From positions 70,370,001 through 70,434,000 of the forward strand of contig OX597830.1 in assembly GCA_951406725.2 (NCBI GenBank): a stretch of 64,000 bases of DNA, given 5' to 3'. Source of the stretch: Octopus vulgaris (lineage: Eukaryota). Position numbers and translations under genes: made by a program. Positions within the stretch are counted from its first letter, which is position 1, and each line of letters begins with the position of its first letter. The notes beneath the pieces were generated by a model. The model ran no database searches, had not been told where the DNA came from, and saw only the letters and a program-made list of their open reading frames with translations. Below, one piece after another: positions 1 through 16,638 of this stretch.

Positions 1-19
1 TGTAGTGAGATACACACAA

Positions 20-56
<37 letters not shown>

Positions 57-229
57 TATTTATTTATACTTATGTGTTTGTAATCGATCATCTACAATCG
101 CTTGAAATCAGTGCCCCAGCTTGGCCAGAGTCCAATGTCTGAAGTCCCCCCCTCTTTCTCTCTCTCTCTCTCTCTCTGTACACACAGACACATACACACA
201 CGCACATATGTATACGCATATGCTTGTAT

Positions 230-313
<84 letters not shown>

Positions 314-347
314 ATATATGTTAGCTATATGTACACACACAAACACA

Positions 348-387
<40 letters not shown>

Positions 388-571
388 CACAGAGGCACAG
401 GACACGCTATTACACCTCGCAGCGGTGCCAAGTGCCAAGTACAGAGATTGTACAACAAACTCCACTGTTTACTGGTCTACTGTCCATGATATAACAACTG
501 AACAACGGTTATAAATATCCGTGTCTCTTATTTTACACAATGTAAAATGTAACCAAGAAATCTTTATCCTA

Positions 572-646
<75 letters not shown>

Positions 647-671
647 GTTATTATAAAAAAAATTATTATTA

Positions 672-743
<72 letters not shown>

Positions 744-1114
744 TTAATATCGATATAATTCTTTTCGCTAATTGAAGGAAAGAAACGGATATAGAAAAAA
801 AATAAGGGAGAGACCGAATAACAGAAGGAATGAATGAAAAAGTCGGAATTCAAGTGATAATTACGACGAAGAATGATTCTAATAAGCGAACGTTTTGTTT
901 TGACTAGCTACAAGATACCAGAAATTTTTGGGGTAGAGAAAAGATGGTTTAATGTGTATGATTCACATATAATGTAGTATTTATTGTTAGCCAAATAATT
1001 ACGAGCAGTTGAAATCGTATACGGGTTGGGATTTCATATTTCAAGGTTCAAATTCGAGGGGTTACTCAAAAAATGCCATTCCTTTCATTTTTAATTTGCC
1101 AGTCTAATAAAAAG

Positions 1115-1195
<81 letters not shown>

Positions 1196-1206
1196 TTATC
1201 TATCTA

Positions 1207-1260
<54 letters not shown>

Positions 1261-1454
1261 AGAGAGAGAGGGAGAGAGAGTAGAAAAACAACGATCACTA
1301 GCTGGAAAAATACATAGATTTGTGTGTGTGAGTGTGTGTATATATTTATGCATAGGTGGATATATATATATAGATATATTAACAAACACATATATAAATA
1401 CATATGTATATATATATACATATATATATTAGGTTAGACCAATGGAACTATTTT

Positions 1455-1502
<48 letters not shown>

Positions 1503-1827
1503 GTAATAAAAATAATAAAAATAATAATAAAGATAGATACACACGTTAATTATAAATTGATGGTCTATTTTTACAAGTAAATGGTTCCCCAAATTTGCTA
1601 GAAATCCAGGAAATTAAAATCAGAAGGAAATTTCGCGAATAAAAGTTACACACACACACACACACACATAGATATGCATTTATATATACCATACGTTACA
1701 TATTCGTTAATAACTATGCCCACATTTGACGGCATATGTATACCAACTTCACTTTTTGGTATATACTTTAATACATATTATTCATGTATATATATATACA
1801 TATTTACATACATATATACATACATGC

Positions 1828-1875
<48 letters not shown>

Positions 1876-1916
1876 TATATATAAAAATGGGACAAGGCAT
1901 ATATATAAGTTATATA

Positions 1917-1950
<34 letters not shown>

Positions 1951-1955
<5 letters not shown>

Positions 1956-2064
1956 AATGATGTATATGAGATTTATCTATATATATGAATGTAACCTATG
2001 CACATATGTGTGTGTGTGTATGTTATTATATATATATATATATAAGTTATATATAATTTATATA

Positions 2065-2120
<56 letters not shown>

Positions 2121-2193
2121 CTTAACATACACACACACACATATGTGCATAGGTTACATTCATATATATAGATAAATCTCACTATACATCATT

Positions 2194-2198
<5 letters not shown>
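1951..2198. repeat. Inverted duplication, ~75-bp arms, embedded in (TA)n
   Basis: 1951-2025 versus 2123-2198, one 1-nt indel. Confidence 0.9.
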
Positions 2199-2247
<49 letters not shown>

Positions 2248-2469
2248 TATGTACATGTTTGTGTATATATATATACACATATGCGTATAAATATATATAA
2301 GCATATACGTACAGACATATATACATGAATATATATATTTATATATATTATATATCCTGATGTTTATATATATATATATCTATATATACACACATCCACC
2401 AAATAATATATTATATGTAAGAAAATTTGATTCTAATATACTGCCGTTTATTATGTATATAAGTTTATG

Positions 2470-2506
<37 letters not shown>

Positions 2507-2627
2507 TGTTTGCGTTATATATATACAAATATGTATGTATGTATACATTATTATATTACACACGCTCGTACGCTGCTTCTTTATTATACATCCTAGTAAA
2601 TTCGTCTTAAGATATCAAAAACGCATA

Positions 2628-2670
<43 letters not shown>

Positions 2671-2909
2671 GCGTACATACACTCTCACTCACACTCACAC
2701 ACACACACACACAAACAAATACGCAATGATATTGTCTGTACGGGTACTTGTGTGAGTGTGTTAGTGTGTGTGTGTGTGTGTATTTATGTGTGTATGGATG
2801 TGTGAGATTTCCCAATTCCTTATATGCTACCCACTGCAGTATATTGGTTGCACACATGGAGGAAAATGAAGCTAATTCTATTCTATCAAGTGTTTTGTAG
2901 TGGATATAT

Positions 2910-2992
<83 letters not shown>

Positions 2993-2996
2993 CATT

Positions 2997-3028
<32 letters not shown>

Positions 3029-3292
3029 TCCATACATACATGTATATAAAATGAATATATCGTGTCATCGGAATAAATAAGCATATATATACATTTTTTT
3101 AATATACAAATATATTGTTTCAGCCTCATATCTAACTATATAATAATAACAACGTTTTTATTGTGTGTGTTTTGTAAACATTAGTGTAGTTATAAATATA
3201 TTTGTTACATATAATTACATATTAAATTGTGATAATCTTCTTATATATATTCATATAAAGCACAGTCGTCTAATAATAATAATAACAATAAC

Positions 3293-3339
<47 letters not shown>

Positions 3340-3374
3340 TAATGATGATGATGATAATAATAATAGTAATAGTA

Positions 3375-3442
<68 letters not shown>

Positions 3443-4267
3443 GTCAAAGGTAACGTGAGCAACAATATTTGCAAAATAAAGGAAAAAAACCAAAAAAAAA
3501 GGGGGGGGTGGATAAAAATATAGAATATCACAACATCGTTATATTTGTTTATAGCATTTGTGTAATAAAAATACATTATTATGAATATTTTTGTAAATAT
3601 TACTTGTATATACATATATTTGACCGTAATTTGTTATATCTTCTTAGGACGCATACAACCCCTAGAAATGCATGCATATTATTTCCATACACGCACTTAT
3701 ATGCATATATATATTCCATGTGCGCACACAAAATCCTTATTCGACAATCACAAGATATATAAATATGGCCCGACACGGTGAGTTGGACGTTAAAATATTA
3801 TATAAGAAATAACACAGAACTGCCTATTGCATATTAATTTGTGAATATCAAAAGAAGAAGGTATTCCTATCACCCATCTCTCATATTTGTTTATGTTTTA
3901 AACCAATTCTTTATACGTCGTTTCTTATGCAATCTATTACTACTGTTTTTGGTAATTGTGTTCGGTTGTGTATATATAAATATATTTATGCATGCATGTA
4001 GGTAAATATGCATACACAGTCACACGCACACACATACGTATATGCGTATTTTAGTATATGTGCAAGTTTATGTATGTATATATATATGTATGTATATTTA
4101 TACGTTTATATATTATATATGTCTATGTGCATATGCATATATGTTTGTGAGTATGAGTGTGTGCATGCATATGTATACATACATGCATACATATATAAAT
4201 ATATATATACACATTACTGCGTATACATATTTGCATGTATATGAAAATGCGTGGATTTTCAAAGGAT

Positions 4268-4311
4268 TATTGTTGTAAGTAATAATAATAATATGAATAA
4301 TAATAATAATG

Positions 4312-4348
<37 letters not shown>

Positions 4349-4464
4349 TAATAATAATAATAATAACAATAATAATAATAATGATAATAATAATAGCAAT
4401 AATAAAACAACCACAACACCAACAAAAATATAAAAGTAAGAAATAGTTATAGTGCTAATAATGC

Positions 4465-4549
<85 letters not shown>

Positions 4550-4595
4550 AAGAAGAAGAAGAAGAATGATAATAATAATAATAATAAGAAGAATG

Positions 4596-4632
<37 letters not shown>

Positions 4633-4634
4633 TG

Positions 4635-4726
<92 letters not shown>

Positions 4727-4730
4727 AATT
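4268..4730. repeat. Compound trinucleotide microsatellite (AAT)n-(AAG)n-(ATG)n
   Basis: Direct reading; similar compound tracts at 570-745, 3270-3440, 6825-6980, 24860-25063 and 27123-27365. Confidence 0.95.
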
Positions 4731-5287
4731 CTGTAGACACACACACATACACACACCAATCTGTGAGTATTTGTACGTACTGTACGTACAGAATACAGAA
4801 AGATCAGCGCGTTAGACAAAATAATGTTATTGCAAATATATATTTTTGACGTTGTAGAAACTGGACATTACTGTATATATGTGGTCTCTACCTGAAATAA
4901 ACCTGGAAAATAGTATAGAATTGCCCTTAGGACATATGGAGTTACGGACGTATTATATACATACATGCCTGCATGCGTACATACATACTTACATACATAC
5001 GTACGTACATACAAATATGTAAATAAACGTGTGTGTATGTATGTGTGTAATATCTGTCTGTCTATCTATCTATCTATCTATCTATCTAGCTAGCTATCTG
5101 AGTCTGGGACATTAACCCCACCAATGACAATTATTCCTGGGGACAACGGATGATGGTCTAAAACTTCTTATTAGAGAGGGGGTAATTAACCGGGGGGAGG
5201 TGTATTATCATAGGGGTAGTTGTCGTCGAGTGGAATTGTTCTATTGGTGTGGGATGGTTTATCCTCGGCGGTGCAATTGCCCTAATA

Positions 5288-5371
<84 letters not shown>

Positions 5372-6159
5372 ATAAAAATAACTAAATATATGTGTGTGTG
5401 TGTGTGTGTGTGTTTGTTGGTGCCTAGAGAAAGTGAGAGATAGGGATGAATACACTGTCATATGTACATGCGTATATATGCATGCAACTGCGTATATGCA
5501 TATATATATTTATTTGGATATATAATATAAATGTATTTTATATATACATACGTGTGTGTGTGTGTATGTGTGTGAATACACGCTCACACAAAACATGCTT
5601 ACAAGCACACACGTGTTTACACGCACCCGTTAGAAAACACATACATACACGCATACATTCATACACACATTATACCAATAAGTACTTCTTCTAATCCAAG
5701 TGTATATTTGCGTTCATCTGTTCTGTGAGTTGCCCCAGAAAATTTTCTGGTAACAGAGAAAAATAGTTTCTTTCTTACTTAAGTATTTACACTGAAATCT
5801 ATATAAGGAAACATCCTTCTGCTTTACTTATATATTTATTTGTTCTCCTTTTTAGGGCTCTCAGAGATATAAGTGGAACGATTCCGACCGAGAATCGAAA
5901 TATGGTCACGCACTACGATCACTACGGTCATATGACGGAACAACGAAAAGTTTGTACTCTGTAACCACGCAGCTCACGACCTGCAAATAATAGAATCGCC
6001 ACTGCCAACACCACCATCAGCACGGCCAACGCTACCACCATCACCTTAAGCGGTTACGTTTGTTTATAAAGTCAGCATTTTCGAGCCAAAGAAAACAAGT
6101 TTACTAAAGAAAGACAGGCTTGCATTATTTGTAAACAAATAACGAAGCTATTGATATGG

Positions 6160-7130
<971 letters not shown>

Positions 7131-7263
7131 AACATATGATATAAATGTACTATCAACATAGTTAGAGGCTAAATGCCATTGCGATGATATAGAGAATGTG
7201 ATAATGTAGAATATTACCACTATCGCCATGCATGCTTAGACAATGTGCCAGCATATTATTATT

Positions 7264-7302
<39 letters not shown>

Positions 7303-7483
7303 ATACATATGTGTGTTATTGTAAACGCATCATTATATTGCATAATTTATAATCGATTTTTTTATTCATTTATTTTAGGCTCGGCTCAAAGCATAAACTC
7401 TTGCTGGGATATATATATATATAGTTGTCTAATTCTCTTTTTCTCCCGCTGTCTCTGTTTGTCTGTCTGTTTCTCTCTGTCTC

Positions 7484-7538
<55 letters not shown>

Positions 7539-7539
<1 letters not shown>

Positions 7540-7678
7540 AGTTGCTTGCTTACAAGCCACATGGTTCCGGGTTCAGTCCAACTGTGTGGTACCTTGGGCA
7601 AGTGCCTTCTACTATAGCCTCGGGCCGACCAAAGCCTTGTAAGTGGATTTGGTAGACGGAAACCGAAAGAACCCTGTC

Positions 7679-7738
<60 letters not shown>

Positions 7739-7965
7739 GTGTGTGTATGTTTGCGTGTCTGTGTTTGTCCCCCCCCCCCCAATCTCGCTTGACAACCGAT
7801 GCTGACGTGTTTACGTCCTCGTAACTTAGCGGTTCGGTAAAAGGAGCCCGATAGTATAAGTACTAGGCTTACAATGAACAAGTCCTGGGGTCCATTTGCT
7901 CGACTAAAGGCGGTGCTCCAGCATGGCTGCAGTCAAATGACTGAAACAAGTAAAAGAGTAAAAGA

Positions 7966-7967
<2 letters not shown>
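7539..7967 (+). mobile_element. SINE family B (CORE-like ccttgggcaagt motif) with internal (TA)n(TG)n tract
   Basis: B-box-like GGTTCAGTCC, accttgggcaagtg, internal microsatellite, 3' part ending (aaaagagt)2; multiple homologues in the window. Confidence 0.85.
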
Positions 7968-8021
<54 letters not shown>

Positions 8022-8529
8022 ATGTGTGTGTTAATAGACAGTGAGAGAGAGGGACATATAAATACATTTATGTACATATATGTATATCAATCTGATGTTG
8101 TTACACATCGCTGGTTACTATGCGCTTCCTCGCATTGTTGTAGCTTCCCAATAATGCCAGCGTGCTGGCGAGGCAAACAGGGACGCCTGTCCGTCGCAAG
8201 ATTACTCATTTACAAGCTGAGTGAACTGGAGCGACGTGAAATGAAGATTTTTGCCGAAGAATTCTACCCAAGCCATCGTCTTAAAAAAAAAGACAGTCGA
8301 GAGAATGTGTCCCTATATTCTCTGTACATGTTGGTTACGGCAGCCTCAGATCGATCACTGGTCCGCCCGATCACGGCAGACCAAAAGTTATGTTAGTAGG
8401 GCCGTTTGTGCTTTGCACACAGTGTGGATTGTCTCTTATGGCCTTTTGGCCTCGCAGTGTAGCGAACTCCGAGGGAGAGAGAGAGACACAGAGGACAGGA
8501 GAATCTGCTCCAGTACATATAAGGTACTT

Positions 8530-9200
8530 TATGTATCGAATCCGAAAGAATGAAAATCATAGACAGTCTCTACAGGATTTGAACTTAGAACACCATGTGC
8601 CGGAACAAATATCTGCAAGACGAACGCTCTAATGAGTTTGCCAGTTTGCCGCCTTAACTATAAAGCAATTATTAGATATAAACAATAACAAAACAATATA
8701 AAGCAGTAATTATTGACTGTAACATTATATTACTTGTAAAGGCGGCAAGTTGGCCGAATCGTTAGCGTTCATAGCAAAAATGCCTGGCGGCATTTCTTCC
8801 ATCTATATAATCTGGGTTCAAATTCCAGCGAGGTTGGCTTTGCCTTTCATCCTATCCGGATCGATAAATAAAGTACTAGTTCAGCACTGGGGGTCGATGG
8901 AGTTAACTTAAACCTCTTCCCTCGGAAATGATGGCTTTGTGCTAAAATATCAAACTAATATTATTATATCACGTGTAAAGGCTGCAAGCTGGCAGAATCG
9001 TTAGCGCGCCGAGCAAAATGCCTTACAGGATTTCATCCACCTTTATGATCTGAGTTCAAATTCTGCCGAGGTCGGTTTTGCTTCCTTTCATCCATTCTAG
9101 GTCAATAAAGTAACTATCAATCAAGTACTGGGATCGTTGTAATTGATTTAACCCCTGAACCGAAAATTCTGACCTGGTGCCAAAATTTAAAACCAATATT
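8530..9200. mobile_element. Cluster of older family A SINEs (one minus copy ~8530-8655; two tandem plus copies ~8739-8960 and ~8978-9200)
   Basis: Recognisable heads (ggcggcaagttggccgaatcgttagc; ggctgcaagctggcagaatcgttagc), B boxes, central domains and the older ...gtgccaaaattt.aaacc tail. Confidence 0.8.
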
Positions 9201-9284
9201 TTATTACTAGTATTATTTATCTATATGTGTTTTTAATTAACGTAAATTGCTGGGCTACACATTATTGGTATAATGAGTTCGAAT

Positions 9285-9508
9285 AAGGCGGCGAGCTGGC
9301 AGAAACGTTAGCGCGCCGGGCGAAATGCTTAGCGGTATTTCGTCTGTCGTTACGTTCTGAGTTCAAATTCCACCGAGGTCGACTTTGCCTTTCATCCTTT
9401 CGGGGTCGATAAATAAAGTACCAGTTTCGCACTAGGGTCGATGTAATCCCTTTGTCTGTCCTTGTTTGTCCCCTCTATGTATAGCCCCTTGTGGGTAGTA
9501 AAGAAATA
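9285..9508 (+). mobile_element. tRNA-type SINE family A (Meta/MESC-like central domain), young subfamily
   Basis: A-box-like TGGCAGAAACG, B-box GAGTTCAAATTCC, central GTCGACTTTGCCTTTCATCCTTTCGGGGTCGATAAA; 16-bp TSD tataatgagttcgaat (9269-9284 / 9509-9524). Confidence 0.9.
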
Positions 9509-10321
9509 TATAATGAGTTCGAATTTTGCAAGTATCAACAGCTCTTGTCATTTTCCTGGGGTTGCCGAAAAGGAAAGTAATTATTAGTTGAACAAAGGGT
9601 TCGACTTAATCATCTATTATCTTCCGATGCACATGCACGGCTGTGTGGTTAAAAAGAACACTTTGCAAGCAAGGGGTTTCGGTTTCAGTCCCATTGCTCG
9701 GCATTTTGACTGTCCAAAGGCCTTGTGAAAGCCCTAGGTATATTTATGAGTGCTTGTGTGTGTGTGTGACTTTGCATCTGTGTTTGACCCCTCCTCCAAT
9801 CGCTTGACGACCGGTGTTCCTCTAATCTTGCTGTTTGGCAAAGGATTCTAATAGAATAAGCACCAGACATAATAAAGGAAAGTTATGGGGACAATCTTTT
9901 TGAATAAAGCCCTTCAGGGTGGCACCCCAGCATGACCGTCGAGCAATGACTAAAACTAGGAAAAGATAAAAGCTATGTGTGAGTCAATCCAGAGCAGGAT
10001 GAAAGCCTCAACAGGCCGTTCTCGACTGCTGCATGTAGGACTACCTGTACGCTGGCCAGTTGAAGGTAGCACGTCGTGCTCCTGTCGCAGGGTGATAGGA
10101 TAAACCTTGGCCATTGACACCTTGACGGAATTTAGTATTCAGAAACACAAACAGTCGTTCTAGTGGGGTCATTCTGGGAGTATTAGCTGAACAAATCGAC
10201 CCCAGTATATATTTTTTTTCTTTTCACGTCTGGTACTAATTCTGTCTGTCTCTTTTGCCGAATCGATGAGTTGCGGGGACGTAAACAAACCAGCACCAGT
10301 TGTCAAGCCGTAGTGCCTGTG

Positions 10322-10388
<67 letters not shown>

Positions 10389-10444
10389 ACGCACACACAT
10401 CACACACACACATACACACACACGCGTGTGTGTGCGCGTATGTG

Positions 10445-10501
<57 letters not shown>

Positions 10502-11752
10502 GCATTTAAATCTTGACGATGTCAACTTTGGCCTTCAACCTTCGTTTTTGATCGATAGAATAAAGTTGAAGCCAAAGATGTCCGTTCCGGATGTTGATTT
10601 AATCGACTGATGGCCTCTACAAGTATTTGCAGTCTTGTGCTTATGCGAGATGCGTTCTTTATGTCTGGTTGGTGATCAGGTCCCACTGGGATCGATCTTG
10701 TCTTTCATCGTAATGATGTCGACAAAATAAGTATCACTAATTAACTAAGAATCGATCGAAAAACATTTTTCCTTCTCTTATAAATTTCTGACCTTGCGCC
10801 GAATTATACAAAACAAAAATAAAAAAAAGCAAAAACCAAAAAAAAAAAGAAAATAACGACATAATTATTTATTAACACTCGTTAATAAATTATATACAAT
10901 TTATTAATGGTATTTAATAAACACTAATGAATAGAATATAAAAATGCATACACATTCATACACTTGTCGTTACCTTTTCTAATTGTCGTTGCTTTTCTTG
11001 TTGTTTAACCCCAGGACGTTCCTGATCTAGTAGAACTATAATTACAGTCAACCTAACCATGACCATCCAACGCGATTTTAGTCATAAATTTAGTGATATT
11101 TTACTATATTATGTAATCTATTAAGTTGTCTTTTTGTTGTTTAGTAGTGATCAGTCTTGATTAAAGAAATATATTATCAAAGACGTTCCAGCCATAACTA
11201 CCACATCTATTTTTTTAAGAGAACAAATTTTACCAGTTGGTAAAATATTTAATATATTTGTTATCTATAATATTTATTTGCTTTCATTCTTATTCAAGTA
11301 AGGTTAAGATTTGATTTAGGAGAGAATTCAGTCGCTGTTTTATCAGGTGTAACAATCTTAGACACGTGTGAATTGAGGGAGATTTGGTTGCAATTTTTAG
11401 CAAATTGTGCAATCATATACAGTCGTCCACCATATAGACACCACTACAACCATCATCACCAACTATGTTCGGTTTACTCTTTTACAGTCAATGCAGATAA
11501 TATCGGCAAAAATGTATTTTTTCGAAAAAAAAATATAGTATTTTTGTATGACGGCAAAAAAAATTCCAGGAACACACACACACACACACACACAAAACAG
11601 AATTGAAGATATATATAAACGAATAAATAAATACCAGGGGTCCCCTATTTCCTGTGTGAAGTTAACGGCGGGGAATCAGTGCATTCCACCGATATTTAAT
11701 GTTTGATATGTAACGGCATATCGACATATACATATAGGGGGACATGTACCCT

Positions 11753-11791
<39 letters not shown>

Positions 11792-12340
11792 ATGCATATA
11801 TATATGCATCTATTTCTCTATCGATCTATGTCTTCCTCTCTCACCTCCCTCACTCTCTATATATATATGTATATATACATAGATATACACATATATATAT
11901 ATATACATATATACTTATATACACATATATATACATATATATACATATACATATATACATATATACATATATATATACATATAAATACATATATATACAT
12001 ATATATACATATATATATGTATATATGCATATACATATGTATGTATATATATACTTAAATATATATACATCTATAGGCCATAAAAGAAGATACCTGCACA
12101 AGGTGCCACGCAGTTGGACTGAACCCGGAATCCGGAACCATATGTTTGGGAAGCAAGCTTCTTACCATACACCCACTTCTTCGCCTATATATATATATAT
12201 ATATATTGTGTATGACTAAATATAGACACATACACTCATAAAGACACACACACAGACACACACGCACACACATACATACATACATACATACATACATACA
12301 TTAATACATACATACATACATACATACATACATACATACA

Positions 12341-12387
<47 letters not shown>

Positions 12388-12793
12388 GTGTATGTATGTA
12401 TGCAAGTATGCAGCGATACACACCTGTATATACACACTTACAAACATAGGTGTATACACAAGAACATACAAAGATATAGAAATGCCAACACAGGCCACCA
12501 CATATTCTATATGAAAGTAAACCGGTGCGTCGACTAGAATTCTGTATGCACTTCTACACATGTAATAATGTCTGTTGATATCTTCACAGCAAAATAAATT
12601 ACAGTTGATGATTGTAAATACCAATTATGTTATTAATATGAATTATATTTATATTATATGTATATATGCATGTATGTATGTATCGTGTATGTATGCATTA
12701 TGTATGTGTGTATACATACATACAGGCATGCATGCATATATACGTACAAACATCGGTGCATCGGCACCTACGGTCACAATAGTGACAATAATG

Positions 12794-12833
<40 letters not shown>

Positions 12834-12858
12834 AATATATATGTATGTATATATATAT

Positions 12859-12952
<94 letters not shown>

Positions 12953-13179
12953 CATACATATATATATATACATACATATATATATATACATATATATATA
13001 TGCATATATATATATATATATATATATAAATATATATACATAAATATATACATATATATATACATATATATATACATATATATATATACATATATATAGA
13101 TATAACATAAATACCTATGGTGAAAGTACTGTTCCGATCATTTAGTTTGAGCTTTATTTAATAAGAGATTGACTTATCT

Positions 13180-13235
13180 CTGCATTACTTAAAGTTTCTT
13201 GAGAGCAGATCGCAGCCACATCTTCAGATGAACAG
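13180..13235 (-). ncRNA. Candidate (probably degenerate) type I hammerhead ribozyme
   Basis: Minus strand reads CUG-uu-CAU-CUGAAGA-UGUGGCUGCGAUCUGCUCUCAA-GAAA-CUUUAAG-UA^AUG-CAG. Core intact, near-palindromic helix III (ACUU U AAGU), GUA triplet, 6-bp bulged helix I, poor helix II. Followed by AATAAA and a (TA)n tract. Confidence 0.45.
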
Positions 13236-13654
13236 CAACAGCCACATCAACAAGAATAATAGTTTGTGATGGAATCTTAATAACTTGGTTCTTAATTTCA
13301 CGTATGTGTGTGTATATATATATATATATGCAAATATATTTATCTGTGCATGTGTCTATAATGGCGACGAGGGTAAAAGAAGGGATGAAATGAAAAATCA
13401 TAAGAGTGAAGCCAAGGGGAAAAATAGATATGAAAACGTAGGTGGTGCGGGTGGGTGGGGGATGTGATAATACAATAAAAGGGGAGCCTGGGGGTAGGAA
13501 TAATAAAAACAACAGCCAGAACAATAACAGCAACAATAATGGCAATAAGGACAAAAAGACCAACATCGAGATGCAAACATTGCCACAATGAAACAAACAG
13601 TCCCTTAATTGGTGGTAATGCATGTATGTACATATACATATGTATATATGTATG

Positions 13655-13709
<55 letters not shown>

Positions 13710-13711
13710 AT

Positions 13712-13858
<147 letters not shown>

Positions 13859-14075
13859 TTTATACACACACATATACAGACATATACATATAGGCTTGTC
13901 CATATATATATATATATATATACACACACATATATATATATATATATGAGTGTGTGTGTTTGTATATAATATAAAGGCATACAGACATATACATATAAGG
14001 TTGTCCATATATATACATACATATAATTCTTCAAAACATATATGATATATAAAATATATAATACACACACTCACA

Positions 14076-14149
<74 letters not shown>

Positions 14150-14463
14150 TGAAATGACATCAGACAGTATTTTTTTTTTGACTTAATACCACGGCTTTTA
14201 CTGAAATCATTTTCACTCTATTATTTTCTGCTTCTCTAATTTTGGCGTGGCATAAATAAATATATTCTTATTTTGGTTCATGTCAGGAAATTCTATAATA
14301 TAGGCTTTCTTCAAAGACCATTCTCTCTTTGCAATCGAACAATATTGTGTTGTTTGTTGTTGTCGTTGTTGTTGTTATACAATTTGTTCTTTTTTTTTAT
14401 ATTATCATTATTATGGTTTTATATTTAAAAATGTCAATATGGACACACAAATATGTTCATATA

Positions 14464-14506
<43 letters not shown>

Positions 14507-14529
14507 GTATGTATGTATATATATTATAA

Positions 14530-14572
<43 letters not shown>

Positions 14573-14600
14573 GATTATAAGTAAATATATGTGTATATGT

Positions 14601-14700
<100 letters not shown>

Positions 14701-15624
14701 TTTATTATATATATATATATGTGTGTGTATGTATGTATGTATATATATATGTGTGTGTATACATGTGTATATAAAATGACAAATATATTTTCTCTGATTT
14801 GTTGCATCTGCGATGGGAAGTGCTGATGTAATGCTTGTGACGGGGTGGAAGTATAGAGTTTCCTTCCTCTCCCCCTTCCTCTCACTACACCAATATTAAC
14901 TGTTTCAGCCAGGATGTCTGTACAATACTTCATCTGCTAGTTTATATAATATATATATATATATATATGTATGTATGTGTGTGTATATATATGTATATAT
15001 ATACTGAGTATTATAAAACCTAGATTATATTTTATCTGATGGTTATAGACACCAGATAGTATTGGAAGGACGTGAGATAGAAAGAGAAAAGGAAGTGGGG
15101 TGCAGATTTGACTATATCTGACGAGGTTGGGTGGCTGTATATGTTTCATCTCCTGATTAACAGACATCATGTACATTAGCGAGGATAAATGCTCAGATGT
15201 TTGCTTGGTGTACAGTCTTGAATGAAGGGTGTGTAATTTCATTCACTGATTTGTAAGCTACCCGGATAAAATAGGGGTTTAGTTTAGTTGCTGATAACAG
15301 TCTATTAGCTGTGGATCAAGGGCTGAAATTTCAGCTTCTTGTGTTATATAGATACCGGATAGAATAGGGTCTGTGTGTATAGGTGTAGTTCAGCTACTGA
15401 GTATAAACTGTTGTATGTATTTATGTACGTATGTGTGTTTGTGTGTATGTATGTATGTATGTATGTATGTATGTGTGTGTGTGTGTATGTATGTATGCAT
15501 GTATGCATGTATGTATGTATGTATGCATGCATGCATGCATGTATGTATGTATGTATGTATACATAAGCTTATATAATTAAATATATATACATGGCTATAT
15601 ATTTATATATGTATGTATGTACAC

Positions 15625-15669
<45 letters not shown>

Positions 15670-16599
15670 TATGGATATACGTACATACATGCATACATGT
15701 GTTGAATTTCAATTTCTTGACATAGATACTAGTTTTGGGTTGTAGACACAATTGATCGCTCGGTTTATCACCTACGCAACGACTACCACTTCCACCATCA
15801 CCACCACCACCACCATCACCACCACCACCACCACCACCACCACCACTACCACTACCACCGCCACCACCACCACAATCACGACGACGACGACCATGACGGC
15901 GACGACCGCCACCACCACCACCACCACCACCACCACTGCCACCATCACTACCTCCACCCATACCACCAGTTCCTGTCCCATGGGTCATTGCAGCGAAGTC
16001 CTATCTGTTGCGATCCTCGCAGCAATGTCTGCGGAATGAAGCTAACCTCCTTTCTCCACAGGCCCCTGAATACGATCAAGCGCGGTGCCTTTTCTCATCG
16101 TACAAATCCTTAAAAGAAAATTAGAATAGGGACAAAGTTAATCTACTGATAATGATGTGTTCTATGAATCAGTGATGCTTCTTACAACAGCGACTTGATA
16201 GAAGAGCGATGGAGTTCACTCAACTACTGATAATGAACTCGTTCAAGGATCAAGACTGAATTTCAGCTGATCGTTATAAATACTAGTTAGAACAAGGGCG
16301 TGAGCGTAGTTCAACAGCTGATTATAGATGCATAGATTTGAAATAGAACGGGGGGTCTATACGAGCTTCTGTTAATAGAAATATCAAGGAGGAAGGGGAT
16401 GGTGCAGTTCAACTGAGGATTGTGTCGTACATAAAATGAAAGAAGAATTATTTTTTCTTTCAAAGAACTGTGTGATTAAGAAACTCGTTTTCTAGCGGCA
16501 CGATTTCTGGTTCACTTCCATAGCACGACACTCGGGACAGCAAATGCCTTGTGAGAGAGATTTTTAGACGTAAACTCTATGAAAGGAAATATATATATA

Positions 16600-16638
<39 letters not shown>

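Noticed and set aside
14937-15242. ORF with a vague resemblance to Penelope RT (LHSRLYTKQT...YSQ) and a decayed HHR-like string near 15135-15165
   Set aside because: Similarity too weak to support without a profile search.
15960-16108. Minus-strand acceptor (ttttcttttaag) as a possible exon 2
   Set aside because: In the required phase it gives only GFVR followed by a stop.
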